A stretch of 64,000 nucleotides of DNA from positions 21,018,001-21,082,000 of the forward strand of contig OZ024765.1 of NCBI GenBank assembly GCA_964016885.1, given 5' to 3'. Source of the stretch: Eledone cirrhosa. Lineage: Eukaryota. Shown here piece by piece: positions 29,417-42,666 of this stretch (positions are counted from its first letter, which is position 1; every line of letters begins with the position of its first letter). The notes beneath the pieces are model-generated. The model did no database searches. It had not been told where the DNA came from and worked only from the letters and a program-made list of their open reading frames with translations. The position numbers were made by a program, and so were the translations under genes.

Positions 29417-31735
29417 TTTAACCCTTTCATTACCATATATCTAATGAAAGACACTGTCTATGTCATTAACCCTTTCATTACCATATTTCTAATGAAAGAC
29501 ACTGTCTATGTCATTAACCCTTTCATTACCATATTTCTAATGAAAGACACTATGTCATTAACCCTTTCATTACCATATTTCTGATGAAAGACACTGTCTA
29601 AATCATTAACCCTTTCATTACCATATTTCTAATGAATGACACTGTCTATGTCATTAACCCTTTCATTACCATATTTCTAATGAACGACACTGTCTATGTC
29701 ATTAGACCTTTCATTACCATATTTCTAATGAAAGACACTGCCTATGTCTTTAACCCTTTCATTACAATATTTCTAATGAAAGACACTGTCTATGTCATTA
29801 ACCCTTTCATTACCATATTTCTAATGAAAGACACTGTCTATGTCATTAACCCTTTCATTATCATATTTCTAATGAAAGACACTGTCTATGTCTTTAACCC
29901 TTTCATTACAATATTTCTAATGAAAGACACTGTCTAAGTCATTAACCCTTTCATTACCATATTTCTAATGAATGACACTGTCTATGTCATTAACCCTTTC
30001 ATTACCATATTTCTAATGAACGACACTGTCTATGTCATTAAACCTTTCATTACCATATTTCTAATGAAAGACACTGCCTATGTCTTTAACCCTTTCATTA
30101 CCATATTTCTAATGAAAGACACTACCTATGTCTTTAACCCTTTCATTACAATATTTCTAATGAAAGACACTGTCTATGTCATTAACCCTTTCATTACCAT
30201 ATTTCTAATGAAAGACACTGTCTATGTCTTTAACCCTTTCATTACCATATTTCTAATGAAAGACACTACCTATGTCTTTAACCCTTTCATTACCATATTT
30301 CTAATGAAAGACACTGTCTATGTCATTAACCCTTTCATTACCATATTTCTAATGAAAGACACTGTCTATGTCTTTAACCATTTCATTACCATATTTCTAA
30401 TGAAAGACACTGTCTATGTCATTAACCCTTTCATTATAATATGTCTAATGAAAGACACTGTCTAAATCATTAACCCTTTCATTACCATATTTCTAATGAA
30501 AGACACTGTCTATGTCATTAACCCTTTCATTACAATATTTCTAATGAAAGACGCTACCTATGTCTTTAACCCATTCATTACCATGTCTAATGAAAGACAC
30601 TACCTATGTCTTTAACCCTTTCATTACCATACTTCTAATGAAAGACACTGTCTATGTCATTAACCCTTTCATTACAATATTTCTAATGAAAGACACTGCC
30701 TATGTCTTTAACCCTTTCATTACAATATTTCTAATGAAAGACACTGTCTATGTCTTTAACCCTTTCATTACAATATTTCTAATGAAAGACACTGTCTATG
30801 TCATTAACCCTTTCATTACCATATTTCTAATGAAAGACACTGTCTATGTCATTAACCCTTTCATTACCATATTTCTAATGAAAGACGCTACCTATGTCTT
30901 TAACCCTTTCATTACCATATTTCTAATGAAAGACACTGTCTATGTCATTAACCCTTTCATTACAATATTTCTAATGAAAGACACTGTCTATGTCATTAAC
31001 CCTTTCATTACCATATTTCTAATGAAAGACACTACCTATGTCATTAACCCTTTCATTACAATATTTCTAATGAAAGACACTGCCTATGTCTTTAACCCTT
31101 TCATTATGATATTTCTAAGGAAATTAACCCTTTCATTACAATATTTCTAATGAAAGACACTGCCTATGTCTTTAACCCTTTCATTACCATATTTCTAATG
31201 AAAGACACTACCTATGTCTTTAACCCTTTCATTACCATATTTCTAATGAAAGACACTGTTTATGTCTTTAACCCTTTCATTACCATATTTCTAATGAAAG
31301 ACACTACCTGTCTTTAACCCTTTCATTACCATATTTCTAATGAAAGACACTGTCTATGTCATTAACCCTTTCATTACCATATTTCTAATGAAAGACACTA
31401 CCTATGTCTTTAACCCTTTCATTACCATATTTCTAATGAAAGACACTGTCTATGTCTTTAACCCTTTCATTACCATATTTCTAATGAAAGACACTGTCTA
31501 TGTCATTAACCCTTTCATTACCATATTTCTAATGTAAGACACTGTCTATGTCATTAACCCTTTCATTACCATATTTCTAATGAAAGACACTGTTTATGCC
31601 TTTAACCCTTTCATTACCATATTTCTAATGAAAGACACTGTCTATGTCATTAACCCTTTCATTACCATATTTCTAATGAAAGACACTGTCTATGTCATTA
31701 ACCCTTTCATTACCATATTTCTAATGAAAGACAGT
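29417..31735 (+). repeat. 48-bp minisatellite (~48 copies) made of a piggyBac-like MITE terminus
   Basis: Unit ttaaccctttcattaccatatttctaatgaaagacactgtctatgtca; identical to the reverse complement of the MITE end at 6228-6472. Confidence 0.92.
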
Positions 31736-32042
31736 CTAGTTTTTTCAAAAGATTTTGAAAATAATCAAAAATTTGGAAGGATTTTGTAATATAACTTTGT
31801 TATCAATAAGCTGATGTTTGGAACATAACTTAACAAAGGTGGTTCTTATATAAAATTATGATGGAAGGTTTATATATAACAACATTCTAATAAATATTGC
31901 TTGTACAGGTAATCAACGCGTGTATACATTTGATGGGGACATTATATATATATATAAAAACAGTTTTGTATAATAGAACTAGGGGTGGTGTTTGGAACAT
32001 AACTCAACAAAGGTTCTTCGATAAATAAAATTACGATGGAAG

Positions 32043-32095
<53 letters not shown>

Positions 32096-32209
32096 AACAG
32101 TTTTGTATGATAGAACTAGGGGTGGTTTGATATTTAAAGGGCTTAATTGATAGAAATAATAGTAATTTAGAGAAGACAAGGTGGTAATTAAGATATTTAT
32201 AATTAATTA

Positions 32210-32261
<52 letters not shown>

Positions 32262-32277
32262 TTATTTATATATTTAC

Positions 32278-32643
32278 CTTCGGTGAAAAGAAATTAAAAA
32301 AATTTTTCTGGTCTGGAATTTTTCCTCTTCGTCAATTTTTTGATTTTTTTTTGTGTCTAATTAAGATTTCAGTATTATTAACTGTTCAATAAATTGGTTC
32401 GATGATATTGATGATGGTATTGGTGGTTTGTTATAAATATGTGGTATGTAATATGTCAAACATTTCTTTGTGTTGGACAAGAGAGGCAGGTGCGTGTGTG
32501 TCTTGTATAAGGTATATATGTATGAGTGTATATATATATATATATATGTGTATGTGTGTGTTTGGTATAATATATATGTATGTAAATATATATATATATG
32601 TGTATTTGGTATAAGGTATATATATATTTATAAATATGTGTAT

Positions 32644-32676
<33 letters not shown>

Positions 32677-33010
32677 CGTGTGTGTATATATATATATATA
32701 TGTGTATATATACGTTACATGGAATTCTAATGTTTCACTGCGAGTTAATCTTAATCCTTAGTGATCAGCATGAGGGGCCAACATACATACACACACAAAC
32801 AAACAAACAAAGAAGCCCCTAATATATATAGATAGATATAAAACAACACCCGTCTCTCGCTCTTAGTTTTCCCCTTCTCCTTCTTCTTATTCAGAAAAAT
32901 GTTCTGGGCATAAACATGACATCAGATGACTACTAGGCGGTGTAGCTGATGTAATCGTTCCTTGGCTAAAACATTTCCGGATACATCTGTTTCTTTCACT
33001 ATTGGTAATG
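32278..33010. promoter_or_regulatory. Candidate bidirectional promoter / non-coding first exons between the two divergent genes
   Basis: Partly non-repetitive DNA with a minus-strand donor GAAG|GTAAAT at 32277, a plus-strand donor-like ATTG|GTAATG at ~33004, an ETS-like TTCCGG (~32975) and ATTGG. Confidence 0.3.
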
Positions 33011-33044
33011 TCTCTCTGCCTGTCAGTCTGTCTAGCTGGCTGTC

Positions 33045-33428
33045 TCTCTCTCTCCGTTGTCACTCTCTCTCTCTCTCTCCGTTGTCACTCTCGCTCTCTC
33101 TCTCTCTCTCTGTTGTCACTCTCGCTCTCTCTTTCTCCCTGTTGTCACTCTCGCTCTCTCTTTCTCCCTGTTGTCACTCTCGCTCTCTCTTTCTCTCTGT
33201 TGTCACTCTCGCTCTCTTTCTCCCTGTTGTCACTCTCGCTCTCTCTCTCTCTCCGTTGTCACTCTCGCTCTCTCTCTCTGTTGTCACTCTCGCTCTCTCT
33301 CTCTCCGTTGTCACTCTCGCGCTCTCTTTCTCTCTGTTGTCACTCTCTCTCTCTCTCTCTCCGTTGTCACTCTCGCTCTCTCTTTCTCTCTGTTGTCACT
33401 CTCGCTCTCGCTCTCTCCCTCCGTGTCA

Positions 33429-33476
<48 letters not shown>

Positions 33477-33518
33477 TGTCACTCTCGCTCTCTCTTTCTC
33501 TCCGTTGTCACTCTCGCT
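33045..33518. repeat. CT-rich minisatellite gttgtcactctcg(ct)n
   Basis: Direct inspection. Confidence 0.9.
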
Positions 33519-33772
33519 AATAATATTAATAAATGGAAAGTATCTTTATAAAACCATATTTATTTTATTAATAAATGGAAATTAATTGAAATACATATAA
33601 TAAAATAAAATAATATTAGGGATACTATTTATGGTTATGTATATATTAAAACTTTTTATAGTTATGTATATTTTAAACCCTAAACAGTGAAGGTCAGTAA
33701 TTTATTACTACCTTATTACCAGTAAGATAAATAGCTCAATGTAATAACATCAGTTGTTCTACAGAGCAGTTA

Positions 33773-34143
33773 TATAGAATTCACAAGAATCAAAGCTATG
33801 TTCAAAGCATTTATTCACTTACAATTGTTTCATCCAAACCTAGGTTTGGAGTCTTCGGAGCATTTTTCAATGTTAGTACACATAATTGACCTCCTTTCCA
33901 ACGCAAGAGACATACAGATACATAAGTATATATTGATGTACAGTGGAGTGGCATATATTATACTATACTATTTTTGTACAGCAATTCAAATTCAAAATCA
34001 AAATCAAAATTAAAATTAAAAGGAGGTCAATTATGTGTACAAACATTGAAAAATGCTCCGAAGACTCCAAGCCTAGGTTTGGATGAAACAATTGTAAGTG
34101 AATAAATGCTTTGAACATAGCTTTGATTCTTGTGAATTCTATA
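33773..34143. ncRNA. Fold-back cassette with hammerhead-like motifs carrying a CCGAAGA core variant (33816-33862 minus; 34054-34100 plus)
   Basis: tgct CCGAAGA ctccaa(a/g)cctaggtttggat GAAA CAATTG TA agtg; arms ~120 bp; same family as 44885. Confidence 0.65.
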
Positions 34144-35423
34144 ATAAAATAAATATGGTTTTATAAAGATATTTTCCATTTATATATATATATGTGTGAT
34201 GATATATATATATCTAACAAAATACACCCCCGTCCCACCACCCCCACCCCATCCACACCGCCCCTTTCAATGTAAAGTTATGTTGGTGCCACAACATCTA
34301 GGCCGAAACAAATGAGATCGTGTAGGTGTCACGACAAAAAAAACACACAGTCCACGCTGTAATGTGGCCGTGTAGGCAACACGGTAAAAACCTCCCAGTC
34401 CCACACTGTAAATGTGGTTGGTGTTAGGAAGGGCATCCAGCTGTAGAAAACCTGCCAGACAGTCCTATGCGAGCAAGACAATCACTCTTGCCTCAAGTGG
34501 GAAAACCCCCGTCCAAACCCATGCAAGCGTGGAACACGGACGTTAAACGTTGATGATGATGATGATGATATCAAAGTAAACAAGATATCCTTAAAGGTTA
34601 TCTAAGGTCAGGTTATGAGTAATCTGTACCGTGGAATATTTTAAGGTTGCGCACTAAGTGATGAAACATATGTTAATGTTTGAAATAAAACTCTATTATA
34701 TCACTTATATGTTTAATCATCTTTTATCTGTTATATTTTTCTAGGGCGAGTAAAATACCCGAGATCCATGGACGAGTTCTCTACAGCGGTCTCTGTCCCT
34801 CATTACCGTTGCCATGTCCTGCGTCTCCAACAGACCAGTGTCATAACTCCCAGGTCCGCTTTGGCCCGGAGTAGTAGTACCTATTAGGGCCCCGTTTATG
34901 GGTTAAATAACTACCTTATTCGAGTGGCGCCGGTAAGGTATTGTCAGCCATCTGTTATATATATATAAATATTTATATATATATATTATTACTCAGCTGT
35001 AGAAATGAGATGATAGGGACTGGGGTCCCTATCATTCCACTGTAAAGTGGTCGTGGAGGTGTCACGTCAAAAAAGCACCCAGCACTCACTGTAAATGAGG
35101 TTGGTGTTAGGAAGGGCATCCAGCTGTAGAAATCAAGCCAGAATCAGTTCCCGTCCCACCCTTGCAAGCAAGGAAAAAGCGGACGTAAAATGAAATGATT
35201 ATATCATTCGAGACGGTCCAGGTTTGTTTATCAAGACCTGATTGGTTTTTTCATTGCTTTGGTTGCATGTGGCTAGGTTTGCCTGTCGCAGTTTTCAATT
35301 TGTCAAGCTTTCTAACGTATGTTATTACTCTAAGGTGACACAACCTTATCGAGTGCTTTGCTGAACATTCCTAATTGTATATCGTTAGCTTGGCCACAGC
35401 CAAAACTTCGATTTTATATATAT

Positions 35424-35480
<57 letters not shown>

Positions 35481-35559
35481 TTATATGTTATGGAATACTG
35501 TTAGCTTCTCGCTACAACAATTTCTATACCTTTCATTTATATATATATATATATATATA

Positions 35560-36128
35560 TCATCATCATCATCATCATCATCATCATCGTTTAACGTCCG
35601 TGTTCCATGCTTGCATGGATTTGGACGGGAGTTTTCCCACTTGAGGCAAGAGTGGTTGTCTTGCTCGCATAGGACTGTCTGGCGGGTTTTCTACAGTTGG
35701 ATGCCCTTCCTAACACCAACCACATTTACAGTGTGGGGCTGGGAGGTTTTTACCGTGTTGCCTACACGGCCACATTACAGCGTGGACTGTCTGGCAGGTT
35801 TTCTACAGCTGGATGCTCTTCCTAACACCAACCACATTTACAGTGTGGGACTGGGAGGTTTTTACCGTGTTGCCTACACGGCCACATTACAGCGTGGACT
35901 GTCTGGCAGGTTTTCTACAGCTGGATGCCCTTCCTAACACCAACCACATTTACAGTGTGGGGCTGGGAGGTTTTTACCGTGTTGCCTACACGGCCACATT
36001 ACAGCGTGGACTGTCTGGCAGGTTTTCTACAGCTGGATGCCCTTCCTAACACCAACCACATCTACAGTGTGGGACTGGGAGGTTTTTACCGTGTTGCCTA
36101 CACGGTCACATTACAGCGTGGACTGTGT
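35560..36128 (-). mobile_element. RTE 3'-UTR copy with a 112-bp unit tandemly repeated 4x
   Basis: Unit ctgtctggcaggttttctacagctggatgccc...cacattacagcgtgga repeated from ~35675 to 36125. Confidence 0.85.
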
Positions 36129-37347
36129 GTTTTTTTTTTTATATATATATGAGGAAATACAAAGTAGTTTAGATGTTAAAGTCCTTTATTGATAAGACTA
36201 TGTCTTAATACATATTGCTATGACGACAGTAGCCACGTGATTCTGCGTATTAAACCAGTGTCCTGATCTCATCAGACACTCCGTCATACTTATGTGGAAA
36301 AATGCACGTTGAGTTCTCTTATTGAATTGCATCAATGTATACCAGTAGAAGGAAGACGCAGTAGAGGTAGACCACGAAAAACATATATGAATTTAACACC
36401 CGCAACGACATGGGCGGAGGTGGTGAGAGCAGACCTCAGATTGCTGAAGCTCACGGAGGAGATGACGAAGGACCGTGACAAGTGGAGAGATTCTGTGCTG
36501 AATAGGACCCTTCCCACCCTTGCACGCAGGGAAAAGCAGACGTAAAATGATGATGATGATGATAAATATATATATATGTCTAATGGTAGCTAAGATGGTT
36601 CCATAGGTGGTATGCCGGTTGAGCATTATAGAATCGAAAATCAAAAATCAGTGATGCATCGGAACTCAATTTATTGTGTGTTACAATTATTTCCCCGGCA
36701 GACAGCTTGAGGTGCGATCTGTGTGGATAGACCTGACTCTAAACTCTCAGGTACCTCGGACACGTCCATTGATTTCGGAGCATGTGCTTCGAAATCAATG
36801 GACGTGTCCGAGGAAGCTGCGAGTTATCGCCCTTGAATGGATGAAAGGTAAAGTTGACCTCGGCAGGATTTAAACTCAGAGAACAGAGAGCCGGAACAAA
36901 CACCACAAAGAGTTCTATCCGACGCTCTACTGACTCTGCTAATTTGCCGCCTGTTTCAACACATATTTTTCTTGAAACAATGAAACATTTAAAAAGAAAC
37001 AACGAAGGGAATATAAGGGAAATAACTCTTGCTAGCTTCATCATTTTAAAAATTAAGAGTTAATTCCTTTGAAATTCTAAAGCTTTCCTGTCGTGAAGGT
37101 AGATTTCAGTTCTGTTGCTAGGCAATAAAGCCACGCTATGAACATTGAAGTAAATATGACCACCACTGCTGAATTAAGAGATGGATTGTCTTTAAGTGCA
37201 GCTTTCGATAAGGCAAGTATTTTATATAGATATATATGATAGGAGTTACGACTTGTTGATTGTTTTAGTAATGGAAACATTGTTTCCTCGGTCCGATTTG
37301 AGAAGTTCAACCCCACTCGGTAATAGAATGAGATCTTGTCTATAGAT

Positions 37348-37495
<148 letters not shown>

Positions 37496-38018
37496 AAACG
37501 GAAAAAGTGAAACGAAATTTCATTTCCCACTCTTAGTACGGCTGTTAATTAAATATAATTGTGTACACGCACATACATATATGTATACAGACGTACAGTA
37601 GTATGTATATATATATACATACATGCACACATATATATATGCACGTATGGATTCAGCGAACATTTATTATAATGCTCGGTGTGTTTGTAAACAAGCATCC
37701 CGTATTAAGCCGTAGTGTCTAGCAACCATCGTTGCTCGTTTGTTCAACACTGACAGAGGAACATCTGTATACATATATGTATGTACGTGTACATACTTAT
37801 ATTTAAGTAACAGCCGTACTAAGAGTGGAAAATGAAATTTCGTTTCATTTTTTTCGTTTATATATATATATATATATATATGTAGATAAATCTACCAAGA
37901 GTTTACGGTAGTGTCCAATCCGTATGAAGAACTCAATGTAATCCGGATATCATGGAAAGAAGAGATGCATTCAAAAATCACTTTCAGTGAAAGATAAACG
38001 GAATACAGAGTCAAGATA

Positions 38019-38422
38019 AAGTATTAAAAAAATAATGAATAAAACAATGAAACAGTTCCTTATATTAAACAAAAAAAGTTCATTATTTAACGATCGTTTC
38101 TAGGACATATATGTGTTAGAATTGGCATGCATATTCAACAGATCTATGTACAAAATTATACAAAATTATACAAACTATCAAATATAATATACATACCAAC
38201 ACATACATATGCCGTCTTCAGAAATCTTCATTTCTGAAGACGGCATATGTATGTGTTGGTATGTATATTAGATTTGATAGTTTGTATAATTTTGTACATA
38301 GATCTGTTGAATATGCATGCCAATTCTAACACATATATGTCCTAGAAACCATCGTTAAATAATGAACTTTTTTTGTTTAATATAAGGAACTGTTTCATTG
38401 TTTTATTCATTATTTTTTTAAT

Positions 38423-38430
<8 letters not shown>
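38019..38430. ncRNA. Fold-back cassette with hammerhead motifs with a very long stem II (38085-38225 minus; 38230-38360 plus)
   Basis: attt CTGAAGA c-ggcatatgtatgtgttgg...ctaacacatatatgtcc-ta GAAA CGATCG TT aaat; ~200-bp arms with a few-nt loop. Confidence 0.65.
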
Positions 38431-38463
<33 letters not shown>

Positions 38464-39719
38464 GTTTCTACTATTGGCATAAGGCCAGCAAATTACCCAG
38501 TACATTACTGGTACTTTATTTTATCGATCCCGTCAGGATGAAAGGCAAAGTTATAATAGAAGGACGAATGGTCACGTCGGGAAACGTGAGTTGACCCCCT
38601 TTTGTTTTAAATAAAAAGGGAGCTGTTTTGTTGTTGTGTGACCTTAATTCTCCTCAACATATACATGCACAGACACACAGACACACACACATACAGACTC
38701 ACACACATACACAGACAGACACACACATACACAGACAGACACACATACACAGACAGACCCCCACACACACACATACACAGACACAGACACACACACAGAC
38801 AGACAGACCCACACACAGACACACACACAAACACACAAATACACACACATACACAGACACATACACACACACACAGACAGACCCACACACAGAAATACAC
38901 ACACATACACACACCACCATCTACTACTATGTGAATATAGTTCCCTTTCTTATTTTTCCTGCTTTCTCCTCAACAACAGTAACAGCAACAACAACAGTAA
39001 CAGCAACAACAAAAGTAACAGCAACAACAACAGCAATAGCAGTAACAACAACAACAGGGACAACAACAACAACAACAGCGACACCAACAACAGTAACAAC
39101 AACAACAGCAGCAATAGCAACAACAACAACAACAACAACAGTAACAACAACCACAACAACAGTAACAACACCAACATCAGCAATAGCAACAACAACAACA
39201 ACAGCGACAACAACAACAACATCGACAACAACAGTAACAACAACAACAACAGCAATAGCAACAACACCAACAACATCAGCAATAGCAACAACAACAACAG
39301 TAACAACAACAACAACAGCAATAGCAACAACACCAACAACATCAGCAATAGCAACAACAACAACAGTAACAACAGTAACAACAACAGCAGCAATAGCAAC
39401 AGCAGTAACAACAACAACAACAACAGCGACATCAACAACAGCAGTAACAACAACAGTAACAACAACAGCAGCAATAGCAACAGCAGTAACAACAACAACA
39501 CCAACAACATCAGCAATAGCAACAACAACAACAGTAACAACAGTAACAACAACAGCAGCAATAGCAACAGCAGTAACAACAACAACACCAACAACATCAG
39601 CAATAGCAACAACAACAACAGTAACAACAGTAACAACAACAACAGCAGTAACAACAACAGTAACAACAACAACAACAGTAACAACAACAACAACAGCAAC
39701 AGCAACAGCAGCAGCGACA

Positions 39720-40837
39720 ATGCCAACAAGACCATCATCATCAACAGCAGCAGTAAGAGGAGGGAGAAGGTCAGCAGCGAACGTCTCGTCTCTCCTCTCA
39801 CCCTCAGCAACATTAAGAACAACAACAACAGCAGCAGCAACAACAACAACAACAACACCTGTAGCAAAACAAAGAACACCAACAACAAAAACAAGAACGA
39901 CAGCAGCAACAACAACAACAACAACAACAGTAACATTGGCACCGCCACCAACACCACCACCACCACCACCACCGTCACCACAATCATCATCATCATCACC
40001 ATCACCATCACAACGATCATCACCGCCGTCACCACAATCATCATCATCATCATCATCATCATCACCATCACAACCATCACCACCACCATCATCATCATCA
40101 TCACCATCACAACCATCACCACCGCCGTCACCGCCATCATCACAACCGTCACCGTCACCATCACCATCACCAACACAGCCATCACCATCACCAATACTGT
40201 TTCTACCATCATCGCCGACGGCAACACCAATACCATCGCCGATATCGTCACCAACAACACCAACAACACCAACAACACCAGTACCGTCGTTACCATCGGC
40301 AACGCCCTCATCACCATCATCACCATCACCACCACCACCGCCACCATCACCACCATCATCCCCATCTTCGCAGCTATCAAATTCGTGTGAACCACATGAG
40401 TTTGATGTGCATTCGGCATGCAAGGCTGATTTCGACGCGATGCGTGGCCAGGAGAAGGTACAGTCAAGGGAGATAACCCAGCTGAAGAACACACTGGACG
40501 AACGCAGTCTCCAGGCAAAACTGATGACGGAGATCCACAACGAAGTAATGGTGTTCAAGAAAGACGCAGAAGTGCAGAGAATTACGAGAGCTGCAAAGAT
40601 TGTCGCCATGGAGAAGGACTTCGAAGCTATGTCGAGGAAATACGACCAACTTATTAAGCAGAAGGACTCAATAAAGGAGAAGAATCGAGTCCTCGAAGGA
40701 AGGATTAATGTAATGGGAAAGGATAACATGACAAAGATATCGAAGGTTCTCTATGAGAAAACCAACATGGTGAAATGTCTGACGAAAGAAATAACTATGA
40801 TGAAAATGAAGTTAGCAAAACTTCAGTCAGCTTACAG
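39720..40837 (+). CDS. Unidentified Thr/Pro/Ser-rich plus coiled-coil protein, first large exon (start uncertain; frame is open from the acceptor at ~38980)
   Basis: First in-frame ATG after the acceptor is at 39720 (MPTRPSSS...). Low-complexity P/S/T region is followed by a heptad-rich segment (EKVQSREITQLKNTLDERSLQAKL...). Donor TACAG|GTAAAT is phase 2. Polypyrimidine acceptor ...ctttctcctcaacaacag| at 38979. Confidence 0.7.
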
Positions 40838-40865
40838 GTAAATATACGGTTTTATATATATCTAT

Positions 40866-42355
40866 CTAAGGCGGGTAAAATTCCCGAGATCCATGGACGA
40901 GTTCTCTCCAGCGGTCTCTGTCCCTCATTATCGCTGCCATGTCCTGCGTCTCCAACAGGCCAGTGTCTGTCCTTAGGGCATCAACATACGTTAACCTTGG
41001 TCTTCCTCCTCTAGTGTGTCCATGTAGGGGCTCCCAAAGGAGCACTGAGTGCAACGTCAACTCTGGATGTCGGTGAGCATGTCCAGCTAACCTCAGTCTC
41101 CTCTGTGTCACTTTTGATATATATATGTGTGTGTGTATATATATATCTTCTCTGGCTTCTTAATATTCTCTACCAGATATTTCGTCTTAATCTCATTCAT
41201 TCTCAGCCTCCCGCATCAAATCCTCTGCCTCTTACACTGTATTTGTCACCAAAACTATGTCGTCGGTAAATTCAGCATCCGATATCTTTTTCGCCTTAAC
41301 TCTCCTTTTCTGAGCTGGTGCCACAGTAAAGCGAGAGTCCTGGTGTTTCTCCAGTGCAAGGCGCATACAATAGTCCACTACGGTGATAAAAAGGTAGGGA
41401 GCCAATGTATCTCCCTGGAGCACTCCAGCCAGTATCTCAAAGAACTCTGTCATCCCATCAGGTGTAATGACTTGGGCTTTGGTGTTGGTGTAGAGCAGTG
41501 ATATCAGGTCCACTATCTTCTTGGTTGACGACTTCCTGTATTTGGGAGCAAAGATTGGAAATACGGAAGATGATATGGTCGAGCAAAGCCTGGGCAGCGT
41601 GTCACAGCTTGAGATCGGTGTGGGGGAAGTCAGACCTGTGTAAAGACTTGAAAATCCATCTCTTCATTGCTGTAATGGAGTCTGTGCTGCTGTATGGGTC
41701 TGAGACTTGGACACTGACCAAGAAACTCACTCAGATGGTGGATGGGTGCTACACGAGAATGCTGAGGATAGCTCTGAACATTAATTAGTATACACTGAGG
41801 ATAAAAAACTCAGAGCTGTGTGGGAGCCTCCCAAAAGTCAGCTCAAAAGTGACACAGAGGAGACTGAGGTTAGCTGGACATGCTCACCGACATCCAGAGT
41901 TGACACTGCACTCAGTGCTCCTGTGGGAGCCCCTGCATGGACACACTGGAAGAGGAAGACCAAGGTTAACATATGTTGATGCCCTAAGGACATTGTGAAG
42001 GCGCATGGCTTAGTGGTTAGAGCATTGGGCTTGCAATCGAAAGGTTGTGAGTTCAATTCTCAGACCGGGTGATGTGTTGTTTCCTTGAGCAAGACACTTT
42101 ATTTCATGTTGCTCCAGTTTACTCAGCTGTAGAAATGAGATGATAGGGACTGGGGTCCCTATCATTAAATTATCCAAGAGACCTCCAACAGGATATACCT
42201 TGGAGGAGGCCAGCTAAACCTGCAAAGGTGGGAGCTGTCACACACTAAGGACAGACACTGGTCTCTTGGAGACGCAGGACGTGGCAGCAGTGATGAGGGA
42301 CAGAGACTGCTAGAGAGAACTTGTCCATGGATCTCAGGAATTTTACCCGCCCTAG
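40866..42355. mobile_element. Rearranged RTE/RTE-X-like LINE fragments in both orientations, with a SINE insertion
   Basis: ITPDGMTEFFEILAGVLQGDTLAPYLFI (minus), ESVLLYGSETWTLTKK (plus), RRLRLAGHAHRHPE...LLWEPLHG; 3' end gaattttacccgccttag. Related 3' pieces at 25820-26030, 34740-34845 and 48349-48425. Confidence 0.75.
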
Positions 42356-42582
42356 ATATATATGGTTATATATATATACATATAATATATATATAATTTT
42401 ATAAAGAACAAGGAATCAGTGTTGCATCATATCACATTTATTAACATATTACATGTGTTTCTCTGTCAATCAGCTCAAGGCAAGATCTGTTACAGATTGA
42501 ACCAGACTCTGCATTTGAAGGATCTTCAGATATGTTTTATGTGTTCAAACATCTCAGCTGTTATTTATAATATATATATGTA

Positions 42583-42644
<62 letters not shown>

Positions 42645-42666
42645 TATACATATATATATATATATA

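Noticed and set aside
29378-31789. 48-bp array as a CRISPR array or a repeat protein (MKDTVYVINPFITIFL)n
   Set aside because: Units are head-to-tail with no unique spacers, there are no cas genes, the context is eukaryotic, and the frame is broken repeatedly.
38927-40729. Antisense poly-Val / poly-Leu ORFs (600 and 522 aa)
   Set aside because: Shadow frames of the trinucleotide repeat; only the plus frame splices in phase to downstream exons.
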